A stretch of DNA of 62,817 bases, counting the filler, from Aduncisulcus paluster (taxonomy: Eukaryota): NCBI GenBank assembly GCA_024181965.1. It is 7 parts of 7 records of this genome, joined end to end, with 100 filler letters (N's around TTAATTAATTAA, not from the genome) between each part and the next. Parts side by side here need not be neighbours in the genome. Positions count along the whole stretch, not along the records: positions 38,425 to 49,231 come from BQXS01011145.1; positions 49,332 to 58,531 come from BQXS01011146.1; 5 more parts are not named here. One strand, given 5' to 3'. The notes under the pieces are model-generated. The model ran no database searches and was not told where the DNA came from. It saw only the letters and a program-made list of their open reading frames with translations. Position 1 is the first letter of the stretch. Every line of letters starts with the position of its first letter. Shown here one piece after another: positions 46,649 to 57,878 of this stretch. Position numbers and translations under genes: made by a program.

Positions 46649-48205
46649 ATGATTGGCTTCAAAGATATTCCAATCATTGAAAAAGAGCAGAAAGAACTTG
46701 AATCAAAAAAGAAAGACCAATCTATTACGAGGCGTCCATCTATTGGTAGAGATTCAGTCGATAGCGAAAAATCTTCACCTCAAGAGCCTTTAGAGAAGGA
46801 TAAAAAGGAGAAGCATTCGAAATCGAAAAGAAGAAGAAAGAAAAAATCTACTGCTAAAGGTGACACTGAAAAGGGAAAAACCCAAATTCTTCATGTAAAA
46901 ACTATGAAAAAGCTATGTCATACAATTTTACCAAAAGAACTATCTAAGATTGAACTTTCAAAAGAAGAAGACTCCTATGAACTTTGTGGGAAAATGATTG
47001 ATACTATATATCGTGTTTTTGGAGAAACTGAATTGCCTTTTGATGAAAAGGACAAGTATACTGGATTTGTCAGTAAGTTTTCCTCGATTAGGAATCGTCC
47101 TATGGGTTTCCTCTCCAAGCGTGTGATTCAACGTATTGTTTCCATTTTGGGGAAGCTTGATGAGAAAAAAGCCTTTGAAATTATCAAAAGTAATATCGAT
47201 TCATTCATTAACAAAGCCCCGTTGTGTTCTTCTTACCTTTTAATTCAGATAGCCTTGTCTCTTCCTCGTAGTCATTCTTTGGTCGTTTCTACTCGAGAGT
47301 ATTTGAAAAAAACTTTGAAAAAAGTATATATTTCCAAGGAATCGCATGTGTTTGCAATTTCTTTGCTTGGATCTTACCTTGGATGCAACTTTGTCGTTCC
47401 CATACTTCTAGAGTACTGTTCACATCCTCAGAATCCTTCTGAGTGCATATTCACTGCTCTGATGTGTGCTCTTGGTTTGTGTAGGAAAGGATCTTCATGG
47501 GAAGATTCTCACTCGACAATCTATGCTTCAGAGGTATTTATTCCTGCTTTAATTCGCCAGATGTTCTATCTTGTTGACCAAAGAAGGAAACCCTCACCCA
47601 TATCTACCCTGGCTGTGTCTCTAATCTCTTCCGCCTGGCCTAATGCTTATAATCACGTGGAGACTGTTGAATTGTACATTTCTGCCCATTCCTGTGGATT
47701 TCCACTTGGTGTTATGCAAGGCACTGCCGCTGCCTTCCATGTATTGATGAGCATATCACATTCTCATGAGGCATATACCCTCCTTCAGAAGGCAGCTGCC
47801 TCCAATGTGAATCTCCTTGAGAACTTTAGCAAATCGCTCCATCACATTATTTCTGGGAAGGTATTGAAAGGTCATGAACTTCAGATCGTTAAAATGACCA
47901 TTGTAGAGACACTCCCAGGCATTTGTGATAAGATGCGCAATAGAGAGGACTCAAAAACGAAAGATCTCCTTATACAGTGTGTCAGCATGTCCAAGATCAA
48001 ACCAAATATCTTCATTCGGATTTACTCCACATCTAAACTCCTCCTTAAATATGTTGTGATGCTTCTTGTTGCTCTGATCGCTCTTGTGATTCTTGGGATC
48101 ATACCCAGATCTTATGTTTCTAAATTGTTCGAGATGATCCATAAATTGATTTCATCCGGTGATGCAGGACCTATTGATCCAGTTGATGTCATTAATGAAC
48201 ATTGA
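46649..48205 (+). CDS. Hypothetical helical-repeat protein with C-terminal transmembrane anchor
   Basis: 518-aa ORF with basic N-terminus. Hydrophobic YVVMLLVALIALVILGII near the C-terminus. Confidence 0.75.
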   Translation: MIGFKDIPIIEKEQKELESKKKDQSITRRPSIGRDSVDSEKSSPQEPLEKDKKEKHSKSKRRRKKKSTAKGDTEKGKTQILHVKTMKKLCHTILPKELSKIELSKEEDSYELCGKMIDTIYRVFGETELPFDEKDKYTGFVSKFSSIRNRPMGFLSKRVIQRIVSILGKLDEKKAFEIIKSNIDSFINKAPLCSSYLLIQIALSLPRSHSLVVSTREYLKKTLKKVYISKESHVFAISLLGSYLGCNFVVPILLEYCSHPQNPSECIFTALMCALGLCRKGSSWEDSHSTIYASEVFIPALIRQMFYLVDQRRKPSPISTLAVSLISSAWPNAYNHVETVELYISAHSCGFPLGVMQGTAAAFHVLMSISHSHEAYTLLQKAAASNVNLLENFSKSLHHIISGKVLKGHELQIVKMTIVETLPGICDKMRNREDSKTKDLLIQCVSMSKIKPNIFIRIYSTSKLLLKYVVMLLVALIALVILGIIPRSYVSKLFEMIHKLISSGDAGPIDPVDVINEH

Positions 48206-48934
48206 TGAGAAACTCAGATATCTAAAAATAGATATTGGTTAGTTACCCACTGAGATATATTTTCAAACTCATACGTGGATTCTCACGTATTTTCACTGTT
48301 ATTTAGCTCATTAGAGTGGATAGTCTATTATATTTTTGTTTTTTGTTGTGATTTTTGTTTTTTTTTTTGAATTAAATCCTTGAACATTTTGTTAAATTTG
48401 GGTAGTAGGTAGATTTCAAAGGAAAGTAATAAAAATGTTTATTGAGATCTAAATGAGAAAACCCCCGCTTTGTTCCATGCCAGTTTTGTTATTCTATGAC
48501 CAATCAGTGCCCCTTTCGACCATGAGCTGATGAGAAGCAGCGTCGTATCCCCCCCATTCTACCATTGAGATGAGGGAGAGCAGAATTGAGGAGACTTGTT
48601 GAACAACATGTGAGTGGGATCCTAGTTGAAGTTATATGGCGACTCAAGCTAGAGAACGTGACAATGTAAGAAGCGAGTCTGTGTCAGAGGACTAACAACC
48701 ATGATTGCGTGCTAGATAATGTTATTGTAAGCGAGTGAGAGATTGAGAAATGAATTGATAATTGTTTTTATAAGCATATGTTCGGTATTATGAAAGATTA
48801 TTCAAACTATGTTATATAAATATATATATTTGAAAAATGGATATGGACATCCAATAAAGGTAAAGATAATGTTATATTGGATATAAATCTCGAAATATCA
48901 TCGAGAGTTATGAGTAGAAATAATCAACAAATGC

Positions 48935-49231
<297 letters not shown>

Positions 49232-49994
49232 NNNNNNNNNNNNNNNNNNNNNNNNNNNNNNNNNNNNNNNNNNNNTTAATTAATTAANNNNNNNNNNNNN
49301 NNNNNNNNNNNNNNNNNNNNNNNNNNNNNNNGTCAGTATTTTACAAGATATTGACCACCCAACTTTCCTTAGTTGAGGTATTTCATCCGGATATTGCCAA
49401 TATATTCCGTTATAATTTTGTCTTGCTATATTTCTTTGCTCTCGAAAATTTGAACTCTTCTATCTCTATTTTGAATCTAACTTTTCAACTTCTTGTCTGT
49501 GTTTCGGCAACATGTTAATCTTTTTGTTGTCTATTTTTTGTTTGTTATGGTTGTTCAATAAATTTTGGTTGTTTTATGACTGTCATGAGTTTATTATATG
49601 ATCAGCGAAAGTCACGGCATTATCAGTCAAAAATATTCCACCAAAAGCACATCCAAATCCAAAATTCTGTCCTATTGACTGAATATTATTGGTAGGATAG
49701 CGTCCAGCAAAAAAAAGATGCAAAAAGATCAAAATATCAAATTTATTATATAGATTTCTAATTAAGAACTAGGAAATTATAATAATTTGTAGTACTTGTA
49801 GCAGAAAACAACACCAAAAGATAGAGCTACAAAAGAATTAAGTATTATGTAAGTATCAAGGAAATATCCCTAATAATGAGGAAAAAAATAAAATAAATTC
49901 ATCGCAATCACACGGATATGAACTTCGACAGACTCCAAAAATAACCTCTCGCAACAACAAAGAACATGGAAGTTCTGAATCAAGATAATTCAGA

Positions 49995-51599
49995 TTAGAT
50001 AGCTGTCCGATAACTCCATTCCTCAGCCAATTGTTCCATCACATCAGCAACAGCCTCCATACTTTCAACAACAGCGAATTCAGTGACAGAATGGAAATTT
50101 CCACCTCCAGTGAAGAGATTAGGGGTTGGAAGGGGTGGATCAGCATAAGCAAGTCTTGCACCATCAGTACCACCCCTAATGGGATGACTGTTGGCATTAA
50201 TAGCATCCTCTGAAATTCCGGCATTCTCCATGGCGGTCTTGGACACAGTCTCGATATCAGGATAAGCGGCAATGACATCATGCATATTTTGGTACATCAC
50301 GTCGAATGAAGCGTCGTGGATACAAGCATTCTTGTTGGCAGCACTGCAATCATAGTCGGGAAAGGCAATTCTTGTATCTTCAACGGCCTGGGTGACAAGA
50401 TCCTCCATGGAGGCGACATCAGCATTAGTAAAGCCTCTGACAAGAATAGAAACCTCGGAGGAGGCAACAGCACCAGTGATAGTATCAACATGGACATACG
50501 GTTCAGTGCCATCGCTATTATAGGCCTCATGAGGATATTCTTGAAGCTTATCATGATTGTCAAGAATATAGGCAGCAAAGGAGGCAGGCTGGGCAGAGTT
50601 CTTCAATCCTTCGGCCTTCGCATCTCCGGTATGAACAGAGTAACCGTCAATAGAAATAGTAGCAGTGATTCCGTTGAAGCAAGCGTCTTCGTATTGAGCA
50701 TAAGCACCACCATCAATAGTATAAGCGAGATCAGCATTGAAAGTAGAGGTACTCAAATGGTCAACACCTCGGCCTATCTCCTCATCAGGGGTGAATGCAA
50801 CCCGGATGCGGGGATGACGGATAGTACAGCTTCCAGATTCTGTGGTGGCACATGTGCGACCAGTATCAGTCTGGACCCTCTGCAAAAACTCCATGATAGC
50901 AGCGATTCCACATTTATCATCACATCCAAGAAGAGTGGAACCATCGGTGTAGATCAAGTTAAACTCGTCATATGGGGCTCCAGAAACAGCAGTCTCAATA
51001 GAAGTGGCATAAATCGTGTCCCCAGAATCTAAAAGGATATCTTGAATGTTAGTCATAGAGACGGTCTTGAATTGAGGATTGACATTGGCTCCAGAGACTC
51101 CACCATAGGTATCCATGTGAGCAATCAGACCCAGAGTCACAGCATCCTTGGCATCATCAGAAGCAGGGAGAGTAGCAGTGACAACACCATAATCAGAGAG
51201 CTGGATATTGGTCAATTGCAGATTTTCCAACTCATGAACGAGATGATGAGCCAAGTTCATTTGTTTGTCGGTAGATGGGGATGTCGTTGAATTATCATCA
51301 GAAGCGGTATCATATGAAACATAGTCAAGGAATCGATCAACAATATCTTTTGGGGTTATCTTATCAGAACCTGATTGGGTCAAAACAACAATTACAACGA
51401 TAATCAACAAAATACCACAGACAATTAATCCAATCCAAAACCATTTTTTTCTTGAGGCAAAAGCATCAGCTTTCATAGCCTCAGCATATTCATGATTATC
51501 TTGAACTAGTCCATCTTCCTCTAGCTGAGTCGTAGTGTCAAAAGTATCTATATCTCCCACATCTGTGAAAATTGGTGAAAGAGGTACTTGGTCAGCCAT
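49995..51599 (-). CDS. pepT: Peptidase T (M20B tripeptide aminopeptidase) with N-terminal signal-anchor
   Basis: RFLDYVSYDT, AHMDT, TDGSTLLGCDDK, FTPDEEIGRG, AYTIDGG, PIRGGTDGARL, PTPNLFTGGGNFHS. TM helix WFWIGLIVCGILLIIVVIVVL. Confidence 0.92.
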   Translation of the reverse strand: MADQVPLSPIFTDVGDIDTFDTTTQLEEDGLVQDNHEYAEAMKADAFASRKKWFWIGLIVCGILLIIVVIVVLTQSGSDKITPKDIVDRFLDYVSYDTASDDNSTTSPSTDKQMNLAHHLVHELENLQLTNIQLSDYGVVTATLPASDDAKDAVTLGLIAHMDTYGGVSGANVNPQFKTVSMTNIQDILLDSGDTIYATSIETAVSGAPYDEFNLIYTDGSTLLGCDDKCGIAAIMEFLQRVQTDTGRTCATTESGSCTIRHPRIRVAFTPDEEIGRGVDHLSTSTFNADLAYTIDGGAYAQYEDACFNGITATISIDGYSVHTGDAKAEGLKNSAQPASFAAYILDNHDKLQEYPHEAYNSDGTEPYVHVDTITGAVASSEVSILVRGFTNADVASMEDLVTQAVEDTRIAFPDYDCSAANKNACIHDASFDVMYQNMHDVIAAYPDIETVSKTAMENAGISEDAINANSHPIRGGTDGARLAYADPPLPTPNLFTGGGNFHSVTEFAVVESMEAVADVMEQLAEEWSYRTAI

Positions 51600-51880
51600 A
51601 TATAAGTATTCCCTTGAATTAAATTGATCGAAAATCCACTTCGTTTTCTGCTTCTCTAAGGCCGAATGCTTGGCATCCTATAAGATGGCAAAATTTAGAA
51701 AAAAAACCTATTTAAAATCATATATGATTTTGATTTTATAAATATATTTCAGAACCAGGACAGAGAAAATCGCCGATTTCAATATCCGTAAAACAGCAAA
51801 ATAAACAAAAATAATGGTAATATTCATATCAAAATTTACTATTCTAAAATAAAAACCTCCGTTGATATCTGTATCAAGCA

Positions 51881-52255
51881 TCAGCATGTGTAGACACCAA
51901 ACACGATGGCAACAATCTTACAATCATCTTTATCAACAGCTACAGACACACAATTATCAGTCGAAGGATCCCATAATCCCCTAGTTGCACACCTTAAACC
52001 TTGTTCTTTGTTTTGAACTATTAAAACTTGAATGACAACCTTATATCTTGGAGGAATTACATCTCTAATATATTTTTGAAGATTATGCGCAAGAGACATA
52101 GTGACATCACCAACTTTGGCAGCATCATATTTAAAATCTTCTGTTAACTTCTCTAACCCTTCAGAAATTGCCTTACGGAATATAGAACGAGAAAATTTCA
52201 CTTCTGGAGGTGGCAAGATGTAAGTATTACCAGTTGTATGTGTTTCTTCTTCCAT
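51881..52255 (-). CDS. TCTEX1D2: Tctex1-domain dynein light chain (TCTEX1D2/DYNLT2B-like)
   Basis: NTYILPP, PRYKVVIQV, QGLRCATRGLWDPSTDN, VFGVY. Confidence 0.8.
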   Translation of the reverse strand: MEEETHTTGNTYILPPPEVKFSRSIFRKAISEGLEKLTEDFKYDAAKVGDVTMSLAHNLQKYIRDVIPPRYKVVIQVLIVQNKEQGLRCATRGLWDPSTDNCVSVAVDKDDCKIVAIVFGVYTC

Positions 52256-52477
52256 ATATTCAAATACTTGTCAATTTGTTGCAAAATGCGTTATTTTGGG
52301 TTTCTCCGGAAATACTTAATTATTGCACTTTACTTTAAATCAAATCGGGTAAAAAACAGCTTAAACGTCAAATTTTATTTTTATATATATCAAAAGCTAA
52401 ACTCTTCATGAGAAAAAATAAAATTCTGAAACAGCACAAAAATCCACAATTGTAAAGGAAAAATTTCAACCCCCATA

Positions 52478-53710
52478 TTATTCCGTTATTTCTTCATCCT
52501 TTCTTTTTTCAATCTCATCTTTCTGCGGTTCAAGTTGTTTCCGCCCCATTTCTTCACCTTCTTTCAACATTCTGCTTAGATCATCTCCAGATGTCTTATG
52601 TACATTTATAATATGGCGCTTAAGTACTCCCTTATAGCCGAAAGATGCTTTGCATAGCGTGCACATGTAGACCCTCTTGCCCTCATGCTTGAATGCAATA
52701 TGTTCCCTAAGGTTAAAGGCCCTAGGAAATGCTTTACCACACTGGGGACATATAAACTTCTTGAAATGGGAAGGGTAACGTTTGACCATCTTCTCTTCTG
52801 ATTCGTTATCACCTTTGTGACCAGGAGTTGACATTCCTTTCGATTTCGCTTTCTTTCTCTCCTTATCTCTTCTTATCCTATCCCGTTTGTTCAATTCTTT
52901 TGTTTTTTCTCTCGCCAGACGTGCCTTTTCCTCTTTTTTCGAATGAGCGAGGAGATGAGCTCTCAGAGTTGTACTATATTGGAATCCTCGACCACAGATG
53001 GGACATAAAAGGAATAAATCGGCAAGAGTGGCCTCCTGAGAGGAAACCACAGATGATACACCACTTTGGTGAGTGTCAGCAGGAACACTGTGCTCATGCT
53101 TTGGATAAATATGGGTATGTGATGTATCAGTATCCGTATCATGATAATGAGTAGTTTGTTGAGAAAATACAGACATTGGAATATGAGATATTGAATGTTG
53201 AGGATGACAACATGGATCCGATTTTGAATCATCTTTTGTATCTTTTGACGCGATATCTTTTGTCAAAAAGGAAGATTTCTCAACGGAAGGATCTGATCCT
53301 GAATCGTTATGTAATTTTTCAACGGCTTTTACAAGAAGCGCTTCACTTCCTTTCGAGGCTATCGATATAGCTGGTGAAAGAACACGACTATTATCACTTT
53401 TGATCCACGATTCAGTAAAATTGGTTTGCGCCTTTTTCATTTGATCGGGATGAACAGACCAAGCATGCTTCCTCAACTGGCAATGTTTTCGAAATGATTC
53501 TCCACACAATATGCATTTAAAAGGCTTTGGTTCATCATGAAGTCGTTTGTGTCGAGTAAGGTGGGAGTTACAAGCAAATGACATCCCACATTTTTCACAT
53601 TTGTAGGGTTTTTCTCCAGTATGGGATCGAATATGCCGTGTTAAATGATTAGACCTTGTATATGCTTTGTCACACCCATCGTATGGACATTTATATGGCC
53701 TTTCATCCAT
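52478..53710 (-). CDS. C2H2 zinc-finger protein, TFIIIA-like (six fingers)
   Basis: Three N-terminal fingers ([12 protein letters not shown].., HTGEKPY linker, [16 protein letters not shown]), one isolated finger and two C-terminal fingers. First ATG at 53710. Confidence 0.8.
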   Translation of the reverse strand: MDERPYKCPYDGCDKAYTRSNHLTRHIRSHTGEKPYKCEKCGMSFACNSHLTRHKRLHDEPKPFKCILCGESFRKHCQLRKHAWSVHPDQMKKAQTNFTESWIKSDNSRVLSPAISIASKGSEALLVKAVEKLHNDSGSDPSVEKSSFLTKDIASKDTKDDSKSDPCCHPQHSISHIPMSVFSQQTTHYHDTDTDTSHTHIYPKHEHSVPADTHQSGVSSVVSSQEATLADLFLLCPICGRGFQYSTTLRAHLLAHSKKEEKARLAREKTKELNKRDRIRRDKERKKAKSKGMSTPGHKGDNESEEKMVKRYPSHFKKFICPQCGKAFPRAFNLREHIAFKHEGKRVYMCTLCKASFGYKGVLKRHIINVHKTSGDDLSRMLKEGEEMGRKQLEPQKDEIEKRKDEEITE

Positions 53711-54043
53711 CAAGAAAGAGAGTAACCCTTTGAAAGGGGTCAAAACGGATGATTGATTTTATCGTATTCAAATCATAAATCTATATCACCATTTCGACAA
53801 CTATCTATATTATATATCAATAATACTATTATATTTATTTCGATGATGTCATAATATAGCGCAGATGACCGTGAAAGGTATGTTTTTCTCTAGAACAGAG
53901 ATTTTTATGTTTACAGCAAAATAAAATATATTCATGAAGGATAAATTGTGTTTCATTATTATATCTAAGTATCATATAATTATTTTTTGAGGGAAGAGAA
54001 AAATCCAAACTTGGATTTCTTTGGACACGCTTTACAAATCTAA

Positions 54044-55783
54044 ATGAAGTATTTTCAAACAATTTATTTTGTTTTCCTTTTGAGCATTGCTTTCTCTCTG
54101 TTCAATGAGGTTAAATCTGATGCTACCAATGGCTCTATCCAATATGGATGTGTTAAGAAGATTCTTGGAGTATGGTCTTTAGAAACTTTCGGTATGAACT
54201 GTTATGCCGAAGGATCCTTTGAAGATGATATCGATACTACTGGATGGGGTGTGTACAATGTCACTACTGATGACAGCCAGTCAGACCTTGACCAAGCCTA
54301 TGCCGCTGGATTTTTGGAGGGAAGATTAACAGCAGTTCGTTTTGCGCAACATTGGAAAAATTATATTCAACATTTCCGAGCCCAATTTTCTGATGGTGAG
54401 ATTGATCCTGCTGCTTACACTTGGATAAGTGATAATGAGGATTGGATGGAAAATATGATTGCCAACAATCCTGACGATGACTATTGGATTTCTGCTGAGA
54501 CCATTTTGGAGCAGTTAAAGGGTTTCTTCAAGGGATACACTTCCAGTGATGATATCACCGATGACGATCGTATGGACTGGACTTCATTCCTCACTTATCA
54601 AGCTGAAGGAGATTTTTATGAAATTATTCCCGCCTTGGACACAAGTGCTCGCCCAGTTCTCTCTGGTCCTGATGCTTGGAGTCGTGGTCGTTTGGAATCT
54701 TTCAGCAGGTCAACTACTTCTTGCTCTGCCCTCATTCGTCTGCTTGACAACAACTCAGACATGTACATCTCACATGCCACATGGACCACATACCAAGAGA
54801 TGGACCGTATCTACAAGTTCCAGGCCCTGAACATGGATGTGAACATCAACAAGCATTTCTCTTACTCATCTAAATTTGGATATGTTCATTCCAAGGATGA
54901 TTGGCTTATTATGAGTGCCTCTAGTTCTGCCCCAGCCATGGTTATGTTCGAGACCACCAATTCAGTCTTTAATGACGAGTTGTATGACCTTGTGGTTCCC
55001 CAATCTTCCTTGACCTGGCTCAGAAGTCTCATTGCCTCTCGTCTTGCCACTTCCCCAGAGGAATGGGCCACCATCTTCTCAAGATACCACAGTGGAACAT
55101 ACACATCATCTTGGCATGTCCTTGATTACAGTCGCTTCAATGCTGGTGCAAGTGACGATTCTGTTCTTGAGAGTGGAGCTCTCTGGCTCTTCGAGGAGAT
55201 GCCCGGATCATATGACATGGCCGATATCACAGATCAAATCATCGAGAACGGTGGCTACTACGCGTCTTACAACATTCCTTATTTCGTCGATATTTACAAC
55301 ACTGCTGGTTATGACCAAGCTGCTGAGCAATATGGGGATGAATATGTCTATGACAAGGCTCCCCGTGCCCTTATCTTTGCTCGTGATGCCCCCACTATCT
55401 CTGATGTCCCCGACATGAAGCGTGTGATGCGTTTCAACCAGTATGACGTTGATGAGTACAGCGATGGACACGGTGATTGTGCCATTAGTGCTAGAGATGA
55501 TCTTCCCCCTGTTGACATGACTTCTGCCGCTAAGTTGGTCATTCCTTCCCCATTCTCAGAGATAACAAACTCCTCGGTATCTGCATTTGGAGGAATCGAT
55601 GCCAAGATTACCACAAACAAACTGAGCAAGAAGCATTATTCATACACGCAATCTGGTCCTACCCACGATGATCAGGCAGCTTTTTACTGGAGTCAGGATG
55701 ATAGTTTCAGCTCTTTGAGCCACGTGGGACAACCTGAGAAGTGGGATTTTGACTGGGTTGATCTCAAACCAACTTTGTTCTAA
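54044..55783 (+). CDS. PLBD: Phospholipase B-like (PLBD, Ntn-hydrolase), secreted/lysosomal
   Basis: Signal peptide, TTGW, AYAAGFLEG, catalytic CSALIR, SKDD, ETTN, SGTY, SYNIPYF, PRALIFARD, GGIDAK, SGPTHD. Confidence 0.93.
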   Translation: MKYFQTIYFVFLLSIAFSLFNEVKSDATNGSIQYGCVKKILGVWSLETFGMNCYAEGSFEDDIDTTGWGVYNVTTDDSQSDLDQAYAAGFLEGRLTAVRFAQHWKNYIQHFRAQFSDGEIDPAAYTWISDNEDWMENMIANNPDDDYWISAETILEQLKGFFKGYTSSDDITDDDRMDWTSFLTYQAEGDFYEIIPALDTSARPVLSGPDAWSRGRLESFSRSTTSCSALIRLLDNNSDMYISHATWTTYQEMDRIYKFQALNMDVNINKHFSYSSKFGYVHSKDDWLIMSASSSAPAMVMFETTNSVFNDELYDLVVPQSSLTWLRSLIASRLATSPEEWATIFSRYHSGTYTSSWHVLDYSRFNAGASDDSVLESGALWLFEEMPGSYDMADITDQIIENGGYYASYNIPYFVDIYNTAGYDQAAEQYGDEYVYDKAPRALIFARDAPTISDVPDMKRVMRFNQYDVDEYSDGHGDCAISARDDLPPVDMTSAAKLVIPSPFSEITNSSVSAFGGIDAKITTNKLSKKHYSYTQSGPTHDDQAAFYWSQDDSFSSLSHVGQPEKWDFDWVDLKPTLF

Positions 55784-56150
55784 GATTTTGGGGAATTTAT
55801 ACTCCAAAATGACTACTTTGGATAACTAATTTAGAATTTTTTCATTATGCTATTTTTGGATGCATTGCATATGGTGTAATTTTAATGTTCTTGGTAACCT
55901 ATCAAGATATCTCATTTCCATTCGTTTTTCTCTGATCTTTTAAAACGTAGATTTTAATGCATTATTTTTTAATGATCTCTTGATCAATAAACATCAAATT
56001 TCTTCACTCATCTTTGTTCTCAGTTTCAAGCATAATGCAGCATAGTGCAGTCGTCTAACGTGATTATCACAATGATCAATATGAGTCCATGGCAAGTGGT
56101 CCTGGCTATTAACAACTAGAACGATAATGAACGATAATGAACGATAATTG

Positions 56151-56532
56151 ACAACAGTCATTTGATTGGTTGCTCTTGTCCATTGAAGTAAAATATATAA
56201 CCAAATCCAACCTAGACTACCAGTCTTCTTTTAGGTATTCTGGTTGCATCTTATCTACAAACATATCCCTCCATTCTATTGCAAATTCATTCCATCCATC
56301 GATCCACGTCTCTTCCTTAACCTCTGCATCGNNNNNNNNNNNNNNNNNNNNACAACAGTCATTTGATTGGTTGCTCTTGTCCATTGAAGTAAAATATATA
56401 ACCAAATCCAACCTAGACTACCAGTCTTCTTTTAGGTATTCTGGTTGCATCTTATCTACAAACATATCCCTCCATTCTATTGCAAATTCATTCCATCCAT
56501 CGATCCACGTCTCTTCCTTAACCTCTGCATCG
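56151..56532. other. Assembly artefact: duplicated flanks around 20-N gap (56332-56351)
   Basis: Direct repeat at offset 201 duplicates the 3' end of the HNH gene. Confidence 0.9.
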
Positions 56533-57635
56533 GCTTCCCTATCAATATCTAAGCTTGAAGAAGGAATATCTCTCTCTCTCACTTCATCTCCTTCTCTCTC
56601 CATCTTTGCATCTTTCTCTGCATGTGAAGAGAGCTCCATGATTTTCTTCACAACAGCTTCTCCGTGTTCAAGGCCTTCAAAGGTCTTTGGAGGAGGCAAT
56701 AGTTTGGAAATAAACTCGAACAGGGGAGAATAGATTGAATGTTTATCGAAAAGAGAAGAAGGATTCTCAGTTAGAAAGGTATGAAATAAAGAAATGAGGC
56801 CTTTATATGATTCTTCAGGTGGAATGGATGAGGAAGAACGCCTTTTGCCAGAAAAAGACGATTCAGAACAAGAAATCTGGGACACAATATATTCTTGGAG
56901 AGCTTCCTCGGAAAGAATGGAATGTTGAATGTCGCCAATCATTTCTATTAATCTTGATTGTGGTATTTTTGTAATTGGATGTTTCTGGCCTTTCTTTTCG
57001 CGTTCCTTTTTCATGCAAATATCAAGAGAAGGCTCTTTCCCAAAGGAAGATGAAGAAGAAATGGCCATGTCTTCTTTGGAAAAAGAATTTGGCTTTGATT
57101 CTTTTTCCAAAGAAGACTCCAATACATGAAGATTAAGGTGTAACAAAGAACAAAAACTTTTTACCTTCTTAAATCCTCTCAATTCAATAACTTTTAATGA
57201 GCAAGGAGGAATCCCATATTTTCTACATACGTATCGTTTGTGAGCCCCGGAAAATTGATCATATCTGAGTTTGCAGGAATTACACAATAAAATAATATCG
57301 TGATTGTCATACTCCTTTAGTTCCGGCGGAAGATGTTTTCTATAGTGATGGGGTATAATATACGTTCTAATTAGATTTTTGTCGGAACCACACACAACAC
57401 AAATGTTTCGAGATTCGCTCATATAAAACGATTCACCATGATGACCTAATCCTCCTGGCTTAAACTTCAATACGTATCCATTCTTATCTATTGGATGATT
57501 TTCAACCAAGTTTTTCCTTATGTACCATCCAATCCGCTTTTCATCCATTCTACACATAGCAATCAATTCAGGGCTGTATAATGTAATATTTCCATATAAT
57601 TTATCACCTTTTCTTGATGTATATTGAAATGACAT
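56418..57635 (-). CDS. EXD2 C-terminal HNH-like domain protein lacking the exonuclease domain
   Basis: LYGN..LYSP, WYIRKNL, LKFKP, NICVVCG, IIPHHYRKHLP, HDIILLCNSC, HGEAVV and EWRDMFVDKMQPEYL..DW all match the EXD2 C-terminal half. Confidence 0.85.
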   Translation of the reverse strand: MSFQYTSRKGDKLYGNITLYSPELIAMCRMDEKRIGWYIRKNLVENHPIDKNGYVLKFKPGGLGHHGESFYMSESRNICVVCGSDKNLIRTYIIPHHYRKHLPPELKEYDNHDIILLCNSCKLRYDQFSGAHKRYVCRKYGIPPCSLKVIELRGFKKVKSFCSLLHLNLHVLESSLEKESKPNSFSKEDMAISSSSSFGKEPSLDICMKKEREKKGQKHPITKIPQSRLIEMIGDIQHSILSEEALQEYIVSQISCSESSFSGKRRSSSSIPPEESYKGLISLFHTFLTENPSSLFDKHSIYSPLFEFISKLLPPPKTFEGLEHGEAVVKKIMELSSHAEKDAKMEREGDEVRERDIPSSSLDIDREADAEVKEETWIDGWNEFAIEWRDMFVDKMQPEYLKEDW

Positions 57636-57878
57636 TAAATAACAAATATATTAAAATTCTTGAGTTGATTGTAAGGAGTCAAAAAAGACAAAGCTGTTGT
57701 AGGTGACTGCTGGACACAAAAATCCGACGAATTTATTTTGATAAAAGTGATCGCGAGTTCAATCATTTTTAAGAAAAAAAACAAAAACATAAGTAACGTA
57801 CGAAGAGAACATTAAAGACAAAATTAGTAAGATCTTGGCTTAAATAGGCTTGTGGCATAAATTACCAGCATCTATTAT

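Noticed and set aside
48505-48545. Hammerhead ribozyme core (CTGATGA near TTTCG)
   Set aside because: CTGATGA and CGAAA are on opposite strands and the required stems are absent.
50316-51032. 238-aa antisense ORF over pepT, and the many other nested ORFs in the track
   Set aside because: Shadow frames of real genes with no independent motifs.
56119-56148. GAACGATAAT x3 tandem repeat
   Set aside because: Short isolated minisatellite in a 3' intergenic region with no supporting context.
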